DNA from: Anthoceros angustus
Lineage: Eukaryota > Plantae > Anthocerotophyta
Assembly: GCA_010909165.1 (NCBI GenBank)
Contig: VJWM01000103.1
Location: 992,001-1,056,000 of the forward strand
Length of the DNA stretch: 64,000 nucleotides
Direction of reading: 5' to 3'
A program made the position numbers and the translations under genes. How positions within the stretch are numbered: the first letter of the stretch is position 1; the number at the start of each line of letters is the position of its first letter. Shown one piece after another: positions 51,004 through 64,000 of the stretch. The notes under the pieces were generated by a model. That model was not told where the DNA came from. It made no database searches and saw only the letters and a program-made list of their open reading frames with translations.

Positions 51004-51319
51004 CCGTATCCCGAGGGGTGGTTCAACAAAGATAGTATCGAAATAATTATTTTGAAAAAATAGTTCAACATAAATATTTATATTTTTAAAATTTCAAAAT
51101 TTATAAAAATAATTTTATTAATTTTTAATATTTATTAAAATACATATGTATTGACCTCCCCTAAACATGCCCTAATATTCCACACAAACCCTAGTTTCCT
51201 TGTTTTCGGCATCTTTAACTCATGATTTTTTATATATTCAATATTTTAGTAATAATTTTTAGATTTTCAACTTTTATTAATTTTAATTAATTAACAGCGA
51301 ATTACCCCTCAAGGTACGG
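51004..51319. mobile_element. MITE, Tc1/mariner (Stowaway-like) type
   Basis: TA|CCGTATCCCGAGGGGT ... ACCCCTCAAGGTACGG|TA: 13/16 matching TIRs, TA TSD and an AT-rich interior. Confidence 0.75.
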
Positions 51320-51496
51320 TAGTAGCATGAGTAGTTGCATTCTGTGATGACGAGTGCCACCACTGGATTGATTGCCATCATAAAGGGTTATCCGTGCTTT
51401 GAAAATTTCACAGGACTAATTGATACATCATTAATTTTAATTCGCTAAAAAAAGAAATATGTGACAGTTTTGCCACGAAAACCAATGCGAACTCCA

Positions 51497-52630
51497 GTGA
51501 GTGAAGGAGTTGGAGGAGGCACGAGTCCCTCAGAACACCTGGGGTCTCCAGTAGCGAGGCTCGCACCTCCCATTGAGTGAAGGAGTTTAAGGAGCCACGA
51601 GTCCCTTAGAACACCCAGCTGCTGGGGTCTCCAGTAGCGAAGCTCACCCCTCCCTGCATTGAGTAAGGGAGTTGGAGGAGGCACGACTGCCTTTGAACAC
51701 CTGGGGACTCCAGTGGCGAAGCTCGCACCTCCCATTGGGTGACAGAGTTGGAGGAGGCACGAGTCCCTTAGAACACCCAGCTGGGGTCTCCAATAGCGAA
51801 GCTCGCCCCTCCCTGCATTGAGTGAGGGAGTTGGAGGAGGCACGAGTCCCTTGGAACACCTGGGGTCCATTGGGTGAGGGAGTTGGAGGGGGCACGAGTC
51901 CCTTAGAACACCTGGGGTCTCCAGTAGCGATGCTCGCCCCTCCCATTGAGTGAGGGAGTTGGAGGGGGCACGAGACCCTTAGAATACCCGGGGTCTCCAG
52001 TAGCGATGCTCACCCCTCCCATTGAGTGAAGGAGTTGGAGGAGGCACGAGTCCCTTAGAACAGCTGGGGTCTCCAGTAGCGAAGCTCGCCCCTCCCTGCA
52101 TTGAGTGAGGGAGGAGGCACGAGTGCCTTGGAACACCTGGGGGGTCCAGTAGCGAAGCTCGCCCCTCCCATTGGGTGAGAGAGTTGGAGGAGGCACGAGT
52201 CCCTTAGAACACCTGGGGTCTCCAGTACTGGAGCTCGCCCCTCCCTGCATTGAGTGAGGGAGTTGGAGAAGGCACGCGTCCCTTAGAACACCTGGAGTCT
52301 CCAGTAGCGAAGCTCGCCCCTCCCATTGGGTGAGGGAGTTGGAGGGGGCACGAGACCCTTAGAATACCTGGGGTCTCCAGTAGCGATGCTCACCCCTCCC
52401 ATTGAGTGAGGGAGTTGGAGGAGGCACGAGTCCCTTAGAACCCTTGGGGTCTCTAGTAGTGAAAGCTCGCCCCTCCCATTGAGTGAGGAAGTTGGAGGAG
52501 GCACGAGTCCCTTCGAAGACTCGGGGTCTCCAGTAGTGAAGCTCTCCCTTCCCATTGGGTGAGGGAGTTGGAGGAAGCACGAGTCCTTCGGAAGACTTGG
52601 AAACTCCAGTAGGGAAGCTGTCCCTTCCCT
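51497..52630. repeat. 76-80-bp tandem minisatellite, ~14-15 copies
   Basis: Consensus GAGTGAGGGAGTTGGAGGAGGCACGAGTCCCTTAGAACACCTGGGGTCTCCAGTAGCGAAGCTCGCCCCTCCC(TGC)ATT. Confidence 0.95.
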
Positions 52631-52850
52631 CTACTTGGCCTGCCATGCTGCAAATCCGAGCGTAACCTTAGCTCTCCCCTTCCCGCTCATTGTACTGCCA
52701 TGATGCAAATCGGTGCGTCACAATCATCTTAGCTCTCCCTTTCCTGCAACTTGAGCTGCCATGCTGCTAATCCGTGCATCACAATCTTCTTAGCTCTCCC
52801 CTACCCGCAACTTTGGCTGCCATGCAGCAAATCCGTGCGTTACAATCTCC
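52620..52850 (-). repeat. ~60-bp reiterations of the GRAS final codons plus stop codon (coding copy + 3 downstream copies)
   Basis: Minus strand reads IVTHGFAAWQPKLRVGES*, IVMHGLAAWQLKLQERES*, IVTHRFASWQYNEREGES* and VTLGFAAWQAK*. Confidence 0.85.
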
Positions 52851-54745
52851 TTCCAGGCAAGAAGCAGCCAACCCTGGTCCCTTCGAAGGTTCCAACCCTC
52901 GTGATAGTCGTGCATTATGTCCAAGCTGCGTTCAAAGAGGGTTTCATTCAAGGGAAGGAGGTCGAAGCCAGTATTGGCAATAATGCGGTGCCACTGGGTG
53001 TACAGCTCAGATCGCTCTCTTCTCTCCGCTCCTTCACAAGCAATGACATTCATGATGTCACGTCCCAAGAACGACTCCTCCACAACCTGTCTGTTGTAGT
53101 CGTCCCGAGGAGCTGCAGAGTCCAAGAAGTCAAAAAAACAGTGGGTATGCTGGAACACAGGGGGAAGCCGGGACATGAGGAATGGCGCGTTGCCCGCACG
53201 GCTAAGCACGCCGGTCACAAAAACTTTGGGCTTCATCTTCCGGATCCTCTCCAAAATTAGCTTCCTAGGGTTGGACGGCAGCACGAGCTCGTCCAGCACA
53301 TGACGCAGCCGAAACATGCAGTTGACAGCCAGAACCTCGTTGTCTCGAAGAGGCACGTCGGTGATCTGCACTTCCTCCCACTTCCCTGCAATGGGGTGAA
53401 ACTTGAACGGAATCCCCCATTTCTCGGCGATGCCTCTCAACCTAGTCCCAGTTTCCCGCAGTTGGGAATCTGGATGTTTCCCGGGCTGCGGAAACTCGAT
53501 GCCGGTGATGCGCAGCTCCGGAGGGCCTCCGGGCTGGTAAGCCATCGCCTGCATCAGATTAGGCCACTGGTATCCGTTCAGAATGCCGTAATCGACTATG
53601 TGCACCCTCTCCGCTCCTTGAAACGCCTGCAGCAAAACCCCGTTGGCAAACGTGTTCTCCAGCCCTGCCCTAGGATCCTTGGCCAGGTGCGATCGGTAGC
53701 CTTTCTCGCCACGGAATGAGGATGACCGGTCCTCTCTGACGACGGCAGTGTAAAGCTCCGCGCCTGTGCCGTTCAGCTTGGCCACCAACGCCTCCAGGAA
53801 GTAGTGACAGGTGCGTTGGAGGCCGGAGCCACGAGGAGTGGAGAACTCCTGAATCTTGCTCACCAGGCGGAGAGCATCATCCACATCGTTCGCAACCACT
53901 GCCTTGGCGCATTCCTGCAGCATGCCCATCATCTCTTCCACAGACTTCTCGTCTACCGCCGGGCTCGCGGCTTCCAAACCCTCGTCCTGATCAGGGGGCC
54001 CCGCTGCTTGGAGCACATCCGAACTCTGAGGAGTGGAAACGTTCAGCAGTAATGAAGACACCCACTCCTCATCTACATCGTGGCCCTGACGCCGAGGCTC
54101 CGGAGCAGGAGGAGCAGGAGGAGGAGGAGAAGGAGGAGGAGAAGGAGGAGAAGGAGGAGAAGGAGGAGAAGGAGAAGGAGAAGGAGAAGGAGGAGGAGAA
54201 GCAGGAGAAGGAGTCCAAGCACTGAACAAATCTAAACGCGAAGCCACATCTCCGATGATGTCAGCAAACTCGTTGTGCACAACCTGGTAAGCGAGCACAT
54301 TCCGAAGGATGTCTTCCTTCCCGATCCCCTGGTCCCACAGCGCTGTGACCACACTGCTTAGTTGCAAGCAGGAGGGAGCGACTACACTCCGAGCTGCAGC
54401 ATCCACATGCCCGTTCCCAGATGCAGCATCCACATGCCCGTTCCCGGCTGCAGCGTGCAAATGCCAGTTTCCAACTGCAGCATGCACATGCCCGTCCCCG
54501 GCTGCAGCATCCACATGCCCGTCCCCAGCTGCAGCTGCAGCATCCGCATGCCAGACCCCCTCGGCAGCAGAACCACTAGGACTGGAAATCGGCAAACCCG
54601 GGGAAATCGTGAGACCAGGTTCGTGCTCTCGACCACCCGCCTGTCTTGCCTGCGCCGGAGATGCAGCGGTTGCGGATCGTGGCACCTTGCTGATCTGCAA
54701 CAACGCCTCTCGAAGGCGGCGAGACAGCGGAGACTCATCTGCCAT
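52790..54745 (-). CDS. GRAS transcription factor, LISCL (SCL9/14/33-like) subfamily, intronless
   Basis: ECAKAV..STPRGSGLQRTCHYFLEALVAKLNGTG, VHIVD-type RVHIVDYGILNGYQWP, GGPPELRITGIEFPQPG, NCMFRLRHVLDE, VIACEGAERRERSELYTQW and terminal AAW (SAW). Confidence 0.93.
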   Translation of the reverse strand: MADESPLSRRLREALLQISKVPRSATAASPAQARQAGGREHEPGLTISPGLPISSPSGSAAEGVWHADAAAAAGDGHVDAAAGDGHVHAAVGNWHLHAAAGNGHVDAASGNGHVDAAARSVVAPSCLQLSSVVTALWDQGIGKEDILRNVLAYQVVHNEFADIIGDVASRLDLFSAWTPSPASPPPSPSPSPSPPSPPSPPSPPPSPPPPAPPAPEPRRQGHDVDEEWVSSLLLNVSTPQSSDVLQAAGPPDQDEGLEAASPAVDEKSVEEMMGMLQECAKAVVANDVDDALRLVSKIQEFSTPRGSGLQRTCHYFLEALVAKLNGTGAELYTAVVREDRSSSFRGEKGYRSHLAKDPRAGLENTFANGVLLQAFQGAERVHIVDYGILNGYQWPNLMQAMAYQPGGPPELRITGIEFPQPGKHPDSQLRETGTRLRGIAEKWGIPFKFHPIAGKWEEVQITDVPLRDNEVLAVNCMFRLRHVLDELVLPSNPRKLILERIRKMKPKVFVTGVLSRAGNAPFLMSRLPPVFQHTHCFFDFLDSAAPRDDYNRQVVEESFLGRDIMNVIACEGAERRERSELYTQWHRIIANTGFDLLPLNETLFERSLDIMHDYHEGWNLRRDQGWLLLAWKEIVTHGFAAWQPKLRVGES

Positions 54746-55601
54746 GCCGTCTTTCTGTTGTCGGCTTAGCTTGGGAGGCTGGGTACCGACTTTCCCTGTC
54801 TGCTCCCGTCTTGATCTGACAATTTTGCAACAGAGTCGCGGCTAAAGCCGCAGACTGCTGGACGCATGGCGACGACATCGCAATTGCACCGTCATCGTGC
54901 AATCGCGGTGTTGTCAGAGGCTCAAGGTCCACAGTTGCCGTAGCCAAGGCTGATAGGGCAACAGGGGCGTTGGTGCCCTGCTTGCAAGTGGGAGTGATCC
55001 CGACTCCACCACCATGGACGAAAGTTGAGCGACGCGTATTGGGTTTTTCATACTCGCACGGGACGGCAGTGCAACTGGGAGCTCGATTCCCAAAGGAGAA
55101 AAGAGCCTGACCTGCTGCTGTCTAGACATGATCTGTGGACACCCACCATGGGGTGCGAATTCCGCTGGTGAGGGCAGTGGTGCCCACCACCCAGACGACC
55201 GACATTACGGACTGGTACTCCGAATCTAGGCTGCTGCCGCCACAAGTGGCTGTGGACACCTCACTTGAGTCAGATGATTTTTGATCTTCAAGAGCTTTAG
55301 TGACGTGAGACGAATCACCTGTGGCTCCCACGATCTCCTCGGGGGAGAGGAAGGGGTAAGGTCGCTCGCTTTCTTGCGAGCGCGAGAACGCTTTTAGGGG
55401 TGCAGAGTGCAGACCTTTTTCCCCCGATGCTTAACCAATGTGAAGACATTGAAGCAAGTTTGGGGCCTGAATGTGACTCCTGTCACCAGCTGGCTCTAGA
55501 GCAGGAAACTGATACTGCCAGTCTGCACTGAAGGACATGTGCCACTCCCTTCTTGCTTGCGCCTGTCCTTGAATTATCACCAGGGACGTAGAGCTTGTAT
55601 A

Positions 55602-55748
55602 CCACGCTGGTTAGCATAATTGTGGGAGCAGTCTCTTTGAACAAACGTCGCCACGCTGGTCATCGTATTTGTGAGAGCAGTCTCCTCGAACAAACTTCGG
55701 CACGCTGGTCAGCATAATTGTGAGAACAGTCTATTTGAACAAACTTCT
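55602..55748. repeat. 49-bp tandem repeat x3
   Basis: CCACGCTGGT..C.TA.TTGTG.GA.CAGTCT...GAACAAAC at 55602, 55651 and 55700. Confidence 0.8.
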
Positions 55749-56508
55749 TACAATCTGCTTACCATGGCAACAGCAATGGCAGCTTGCAAGCATTCTGGTG
55801 TGCCCAGTGCTTTCTCTCGCATCAAGGTTCACAGTAGTGCTAGCCCCACAGCATGTCCACAGGACTCAAAGTACATTTTCGATGATGAATTTGGGTAGGG
55901 AGCTAGCCATATCCCGCCATTCCGTGACCCCTTAGCTTTTTCATATATTTTCGTCCTACAGCTGTCAAGGTCAAGGGTCCCAAACCCACTTACTTGCCTA
56001 CGGACTTCACATTCGAGGCTAAAGATCGCCACGCATTTACACCGGTATATACTTGACGATCCTCAGGCTCGGTTGCCGTCCTGCACAAGCCTTCACAGCC
56101 AGATTGGCACTGTGTCGTTCACCTCCTTCTGCTGGCTGTGCTGTTTGAATTAAGGTTTCCATCGTGCATTCAACTGCAACCCTGCCGTAACAGAATCTCT
56201 TCCCAGGTGGAAAACGAAGGCCTGTACGCCAGTGCAGGGATTCAGTTGTTGCTGCGAGGGGAGAGGCAACAAGATGAGGTGATACGGACGCAGCATGTTG
56301 TTGGGGCACTGTAAGCACAGAACTCCTTTGGGGCTCTTAGGGCTGCAAGCTTGGAGTTCTGGTTTTAGAAAAGTCAGTTCCGAAAGCTGTGGCACTGCTG
56401 AGCACTCGAACTTACAACAGCTGGGTGCTGGTTCCAAGTTCGAGCGCCCTGGAGAAGTTACTGTCGGCCTGTTGGACGGGCGCCTCGGATTCAGGGGAGC
56501 TCTTCGGG

Positions 56509-58895
56509 ATGGAGGCTCTGAAAGCTGCAGGCAATGATGCGGTGCGGCAAGGGAATTATCGATCTGCACTGGATTTGTACAGCCAAGCCATAGCAGCTAT
56601 CGATCCGAGTCAAACTGAGGAGCTTTCCATCTTGCACAGCAATCTATCCTTCGCAAACCTCAAGTTGGGCCAATACGAGGAAGTATGCTGCCAGCTCTAA
56701 TGTTACTTCTAGAAACGTGCGGGCTGCAGCAAAAAGTGCCACCTTGTGTGCAGCGGATGTCGTTGCTCTGAGGTAGTATGCAATTGTTTTGTCACCCAGG
56801 CACTCAATCAAGCCAACAAAGCTGTGGCTGGAAGGAGTAACTGGAGCAAGGTGTGCTTCAGCCTTGCCCCTTAAAAAGAACGTGAAGTAGGGTTGAGAGG
56901 AACGTATCTTGCCTCACGACCAGATGGCTGTTGTGTGTAGGGCTACTTTCGACAGGGAGAGGCTCAGTTCGCTCTCAAAGATTATGCTGCTGCTGAACAT
57001 TCTTTCATGAAAGCTTCTGAACTGGTGCGAGATTTTGACTGCGGCTGCTTCTACGCTGTGACTTCTTTCTCTCCACAGTTTCTGTTTGAATACACTTCTT
57101 TGCTTGTGGCCAGTCTCCAGATGACAACGCAATCAAGCGTCGAATTACTCTGTCACGGGAAGCACAAACTGGTTTCTACTTTCGACAGGTCTGTGGTTGT
57201 CCCCAGGATGTTTATGTTGTTGGAGGTCATGTTACCTGTGATTTTGCAGCCGAGGTTACACAAACTGACAACGGCTCATTCCCTGCTCCTCTTGTTCATA
57301 TTTTTCAGTTGCTGCCAGGGAGAGATTTCTGTCTCTCGCCATCTAATATCATTGAAAGGCAGGTAGGTAAGGTGGAGTTTCTTGGTTTACTGGGCAAGGG
57401 ATTCTGCCTGTGCCGCCTTTCGGATCCAGACATTAATTGTTGCATTTCTTGCTTCACAGATTTTCAGCAGTGCAGAGCAGATGAAGAATTTTGTTTATCT
57501 GCTTGGAGATGCTCGGACACGGGAAGCAGTGGTGGTTGATGCTGCTTGGGATGTTAAGGTGACATACATTTGCTATGAAAGCTGTGATCCGCAATTCATG
57601 ATACAGGGTAATACCTTCTGTAGCTGGCTGTAGGACTGCTTCGCTGTGCAAAAAGTCCCCAAAGTGAAGAGTTGGATGTGTCTCTCAGGGTATCCGAGCT
57701 GTTGCTTCTTCTGACAATATAAAGTTGGTAAGCCCAACTTCCAGTTTGATCTCATTGTCCTTTCATGTGAGCTCTTAAAAAGGGATGAGTGTTGACCTAG
57801 TAATTGACATACTGTCAAAGGTTGGAGCAGTGGTGACACACTATCATTTCGACCATACTGGAGGAACACCACCACCACCGTTTGATGCCCTAGGAATCAA
57901 AGTCCCCGGCATACGAGAACTGGCAGTTGAAGATAAAATCCCTGTACGGGATTCACGTGCTCATCAGACAGTATGCATGTAGTCAGTGGTAAGAATCTTT
58001 TTTTCTGAAGTTAATGTGATTTGCCTGCAGGTGTACATCAATAAACATGATGCAAAAACAGTGATCAGCAACAATTCTGTGCCAGGCGAAATTGTGGTCG
58101 AACTTGATGTACGTCACCCTTGTCCCTTGTCTGATGGTGGGCAGCATCACAGAGTTGATGACTAAACATTGTCTTTACTTCACTGCAATTCTAGGGGCTG
58201 GCTAAAGTTTCTGTCGGGAGTGGATGCTTGACAGTCACAACATGTGCTTTGGCTGATGTGCTGCACTTCACCCCAGTTAACTGGTGTGCATTGAAACAGG
58301 ACTCAGCTACCATCGCCGTTGGCTCTGTCAAGCTTCACTTCATACACACTCCAGGTCATACACCTGGCAGTCAATGTATCCACGTTCCAAGGTTGGTGGT
58401 CTAAAAGTTGAGTAATATCCCTACGATCGACGTCGGATTCAACTGACTGGCACTTGGCTGCTCTTGCAGACCCTCAGATGATATTCTTCTAAGTGGCGAC
58501 ACATTGTTCATTTCCAGGTAATCCTTAAAGCTGCGGACTGTTAAGACTCCATCCCTTCAAGGACCGTCTAATTTGCTTTCTGCCTTTTCTGTCAGTTGTG
58601 GGCGATTGGACTTGCCAGATTGCAATCCGAGAGCTATGTATACAAGCTTGCAGAAGAAGCTAGCCAGCTTACCTGACTCTACGAGGTAAGAACGCAAAGT
58701 GACCTTGTTTATTCATGAAAACTGAAGTTAGACTTGAGGAAACGAGGTTAAGAGATGTTAAGGTTCGCCCGTTCTTCTTGCAGGGTTTATCCTGGTCACG
58801 ACTATGGAGGTCCCTACACGACAATTGGAAACGAGAAGAGAACTGGGTTCTTGAAGCCGATGACCGAGGCCGACTGGATGGGAATGTATCATTAG
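56509..58895 (+). CDS. TPR-repeat + metallo-beta-lactamase-fold (glyoxalase II-like) fusion protein, 12 exons
   Basis: TPR: ALKAAGNDAVRQGNYRSALDLYSQAI, LHSNLSFANLKLGQYEEAL, GYFRQGEAQFALKDYAAAEHSF. MBL: QMKNFVYLLGD, THYHFDH, HTPGHTPGS, SGDTLF, CGRLDLP, VYPGHDY. All joins are GT-AG and keep the frame. Confidence 0.88.
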
Positions 58896-59621
58896 TTGAG
58901 CAATTGAAGTTGAAAATGATGGGAATGGAGATTATGGAGCTAAATTCCCTCTACTGTAAAAAGTGATGACAACTATTGTCTCGACACTACGTATTTCATA
59001 GATATTATTTTCGGTGGAAGGCCAAATCACACAGCAACTGGACATAGTTCCCTCTCGATAACATTTTGATGACAAGTGTTTCGCTTGCCACGGTATGCGC
59101 TGGGGATGATGAGATCTTGGCAACTCTCAATATCCCACAGACTGCCAACCTTTCTTTTCCAGGGCTTGTCGGAGAGCCTGCAATACCAAGTAATTAGCAT
59201 ACTTCAAACAAGCCCATTTCCTAGTCAGCATAGAAATCAATCATCCACCTTTATCCTCTTCCGGTTGATATCGAAGTCCACTGGTCCTATCCTCGATGCA
59301 GACCGATACTCACACAGGGAACGTTCTCCGGGAGGAAACCAGAACTCTACATCATGTACAAGCTGCACAACAAGACCATGAATAATAAGACAACAAAACC
59401 CCACTTATTCATCCAAGTAGCAACTTTCCTTAGCGTACTCACCCCAAGGATGGAACTTTCGTATTCGACGTAGATGTACTCATCTGTCCTTTTCACAATC
59501 CTTGGAGTGAAGTTATCAGGCTTGGCTGCTTGAATCTGTCCACATGACCATGGTATTCAACCGCACTGTTCAACTGGTGTTGCAAGCACAAACCGAGTGG
59601 ACTGCTGTCCCCTGTGGAGAG

Positions 59622-60336
59622 GTCTTACAACTTCAACGAGTTCTTGCATGGCCTGCGCCCTCGAGACGGGCTTCTTCCTCCCACGTCCGTCTTCAGGGTT
59701 GTATGTCCTGTCACCCCTCATTTAAACGTCATCTACAAGGAACAGCACAATCCCACCTCAAACTCCACAGAACTCCGGTTTGATTAAGCCTGACGATTTT
59801 ATAGTGCTCACGAAAGACACTTTAGAAAACATCAGAAAAGCTTCAAGCCAGCAAACGAAGCTTGACCCAATCGCAAGCAACGCTCCATTCCGAAATGTGT
59901 GTTCACTTACCAGGGAGGCACATAATGGCTGGGATCGTTGAACTCCTCTGACGTGGAGATGCATGTTGGCGTCGGAGGACAGAGAGCTAGAGCAGGAGGA
60001 TTTTTCTGCACACCCAGGTAACTGGGCCTCTCACCACTAACGACAGAAAAAATGGACAAAATAAGTTAGGCAAGAGACTAGCACAGATAAATGAGGAAAG
60101 TGCGACATGCAATTGTATTTCTCGAGCTTCTACCAGAGCCAAGAATCTGGCAGCGTCCAAGGAGATCGCAAAACCCTAAACGCCGGCTGAACTAAACAAC
60201 CCAAAACATATGTACTGGTGTACCGAATCATCCCAAGCCCCAAGCTACGGATCGAGGAACCGCAGACACATCCAACGTCAATATCCACTCAAACTGCTTG
60301 CCCTAAGAGTCGACACCGCTCAGTACTTCTTAGAGG
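59622..60336. repeat. Duplicated segment, copy 1 (decayed coding-like sequence, unidentified)
   Basis: Colinear with 63163-64000 (e.g. ATGTCCTGTCACCCCTCATT, ACATAATGGCTGGGATCGTTGA, TAAGAGTCGACACCGCTCAGTACTTCTTAGAGG). Confidence 0.85.
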
Positions 60337-61053
60337 TTAAACCCACACGTGGCTGACGCCTTTCGGAGGATTGACAGATAGTTGCTCATCCTCGCGGTTC
60401 TCGAGCTCTCAACCTTGGCCGGGAAATCACACCGACACCAGACAAGACAAAATCTTAAGCATCCAACCTGAAGCTGAATATGGCCGCCAGCATTGCGGCA
60501 CCACTTGACTGAAGACATAACTCCCTGCAACCCACCTCACACGCTTTAGCCCGACCACACTCAGAACGCACAATACTGGCCTCCACCGCCAACCTGACTG
60601 ACCTCCTGCCCCTAGTAACCACAGCCGAGTCATCCACCTCACGAGCTGCGTCCTGCTCACGGCGCTCGCACACGATAGACCGGTGCTCAAAGCCGCCGCC
60701 GCCGTACCAGCCGCACAGCTTAGCTCGAGGGATCTGTAAGAGGGCTGACCTGCAGCGACACGCAGGCCGAAATCGTCACCAAAGAGAACCAAAGCTTCGG
60801 ACACCATGAGGCTGCAAAAATCCGAAGACTCATGCCACAACCAGGCGTGCGATCACCTAGGCAGCAGAAACGAGCTTGAAGCTAAGGCAGCCATAGCGTC
60901 CGACTGCACTTCACCCAGAGGGCGTCAGGTCATCCTGAATGGAAGAGCCAAAACTGAAGCGATTTCTTTCCTGTTTCATACAGTAGTTACATATATGTCT
61001 AGGTACCTGGACAGCGAATCACCGCTCTGGAAGGTTCGAGAACAGAGCCACAA

Positions 61054-62606
<1,553 letters not shown>

Positions 62607-63162
62607 TTAAGGTGTCCCAAGGGCAAGGGCAGGGGGAATGCATATGGCGGGCCGCAACGCAGCATCGCGAAGGCGCACACGAACCTCACCGACCAGCGAA
62701 GCTGTCTCGGGAGCAGTTACGTACCTACTCCGATGCTCGACGAATGCTCGCGTCTCCCTGCGTTTCAGTGCGCGGGGCCCGCAGCAGACGCCCGTACTAT
62801 CAGCCGGCGCCAGCCCCACATAGCACGCCTAACTGCAGCGAGAGGCTGCTGGTCGATGTCTTGCTTCTGAAGAGTCCACCAAGACAACCGCGTCACAATC
62901 TGCAAACCATCGAATTCTGAACCAATCAATATAAAAAGATTTAATGTTCGTTCTTATTTATATAGTACAAATTATAGCCAGTAGAAAAAACCCAGTGATG
63001 TTTCAAGACCGAATGTCATTATGGTAGGAACGATCCCAGGGTTTCCCTGAGAATTGATCCTGCGAGTTTTTGTCAAGAACCCTTCACCACGAGACCATAA
63101 ATAATGCTATTGTATTCCAGACCCCCTCGAAATGAAATCTAAAATGCAAAAAATAATACGAG

Positions 63163-64000
63163 TTCTTACGACTTCCACGAGTTTTTGCATGACCTGCTCC
63201 CTCCGGACGGGCTTTTCCTCCCATACCTGTCTTCAGGATTATATGTCCTGTCACCCCTCATTCAAGCAACAGCGCTGTCAGTAACACCTCAAACCCGAGA
63301 ACTCCCGTTTGATAAAGCAAGACGAGTTTGAAGTGTTCACGAAAGGCACTTTCAAAAATATCAGAGGACTCTTCAGGCTAGCAAGCTGGGCTCGACCCGA
63401 AATTCTTTCTTCTGGGATGTGTGTGATCACTCACCAGGGAGGGACATAATGGCTGGGATCGTTGAGCTCCTCTGAGGTAGAGATGCACGTTGGCATTGGA
63501 GGACAGAGCTAAAGCAGGAGGGTACGTCTGCACCCCCAGGTAACTGGACCTCTCACAGCTGAGAAGAGACAATGGACAGCAAACCTGTCTAACCAGCAGA
63601 GGTAAGTGAGGAAAATGCGACATGCCATTGTAGTTCTCGAGCTTCTACGAGAACCAAGACTTTGGAAGCGTCCCAAGAAAATGCAAACAAGATAGTAAAA
63701 CCGTGAACGCTGGCTGAACTACACACCCTAAAACACATGCACTTTTCAACCCAACCATCCCAAGCCACACATCCAGCAACCGCCAACCCATCCGACGTCA
63801 ACATCCTCGCACACTGTTGCCATGAGAGTCGGCACCGCCAAACCCTGAACGCCGGCTAAACTACACAACCTAAAAAACACATGCACTAGTCTCCCCGATC
63901 ATCCAAGGCTCCAGATCGAGCAACCGCAGACACATCCCACATCAATGTCCACGCAAACTGATTGCCGTAAGAGTCGACACCGCTCAGTACTTCTTAGAGG
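63163..64000. repeat. Duplicated segment, copy 2 (runs off the window; internal ~140-bp duplication)
   Basis: Colinear with 59622-60336. Confidence 0.85.

Noticed and set aside
51497-52630. Minisatellite as a CRISPR array
   Set aside because: The whole unit repeats, so there are no unique spacers.

Overview
Eukaryotic, intron-containing, gene-dense land-plant nuclear DNA. A non-seed plant, most plausibly a hornwort, is inferred from the PLS-PPR with a PGxSWW-type PG box, short introns and compact genes. 1-13 kb: a frameshift-riddled Ty3/gypsy LTR retrotransposon (tRNA-Asp PBS) directly followed by a degenerate Sola1-like DDD transposase element, possibly with a second convergent gene. 15-20.4 kb: a decayed CTR1/EDR1-type Raf kinase whose 5' end is replaced by an mTERF-like fragment, and a conserved plant protein of unknown function. 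22.5-24.6 kb: a 5'-truncated RTE-X-like LINE. 25.6-39.8 kb: a very long (~13 PLS triplet) PPR gene with a decayed DYW domain, then a segmental duplication of [PPR remnant + spacer + TauE/SafE gene]. 42.9-64 kb: G3P/MFS transporter, TrhO/STR8-type rhodanese, an unknown gene, a TA-flanked MITE, a 76-80 bp satellite attached to the 3' end of a LISCL-type GRAS gene, a 12-exon TPR + bacterial-type metallo-beta-lactamase fusion, and an OPR1-type reductase flanked by a duplicated segment. No rRNA, tRNA or CRISPR array was found. Many indels sit in homopolymers, so some pseudogene calls may be consensus errors. All family assignments come from manual motif recognition, not database searches.
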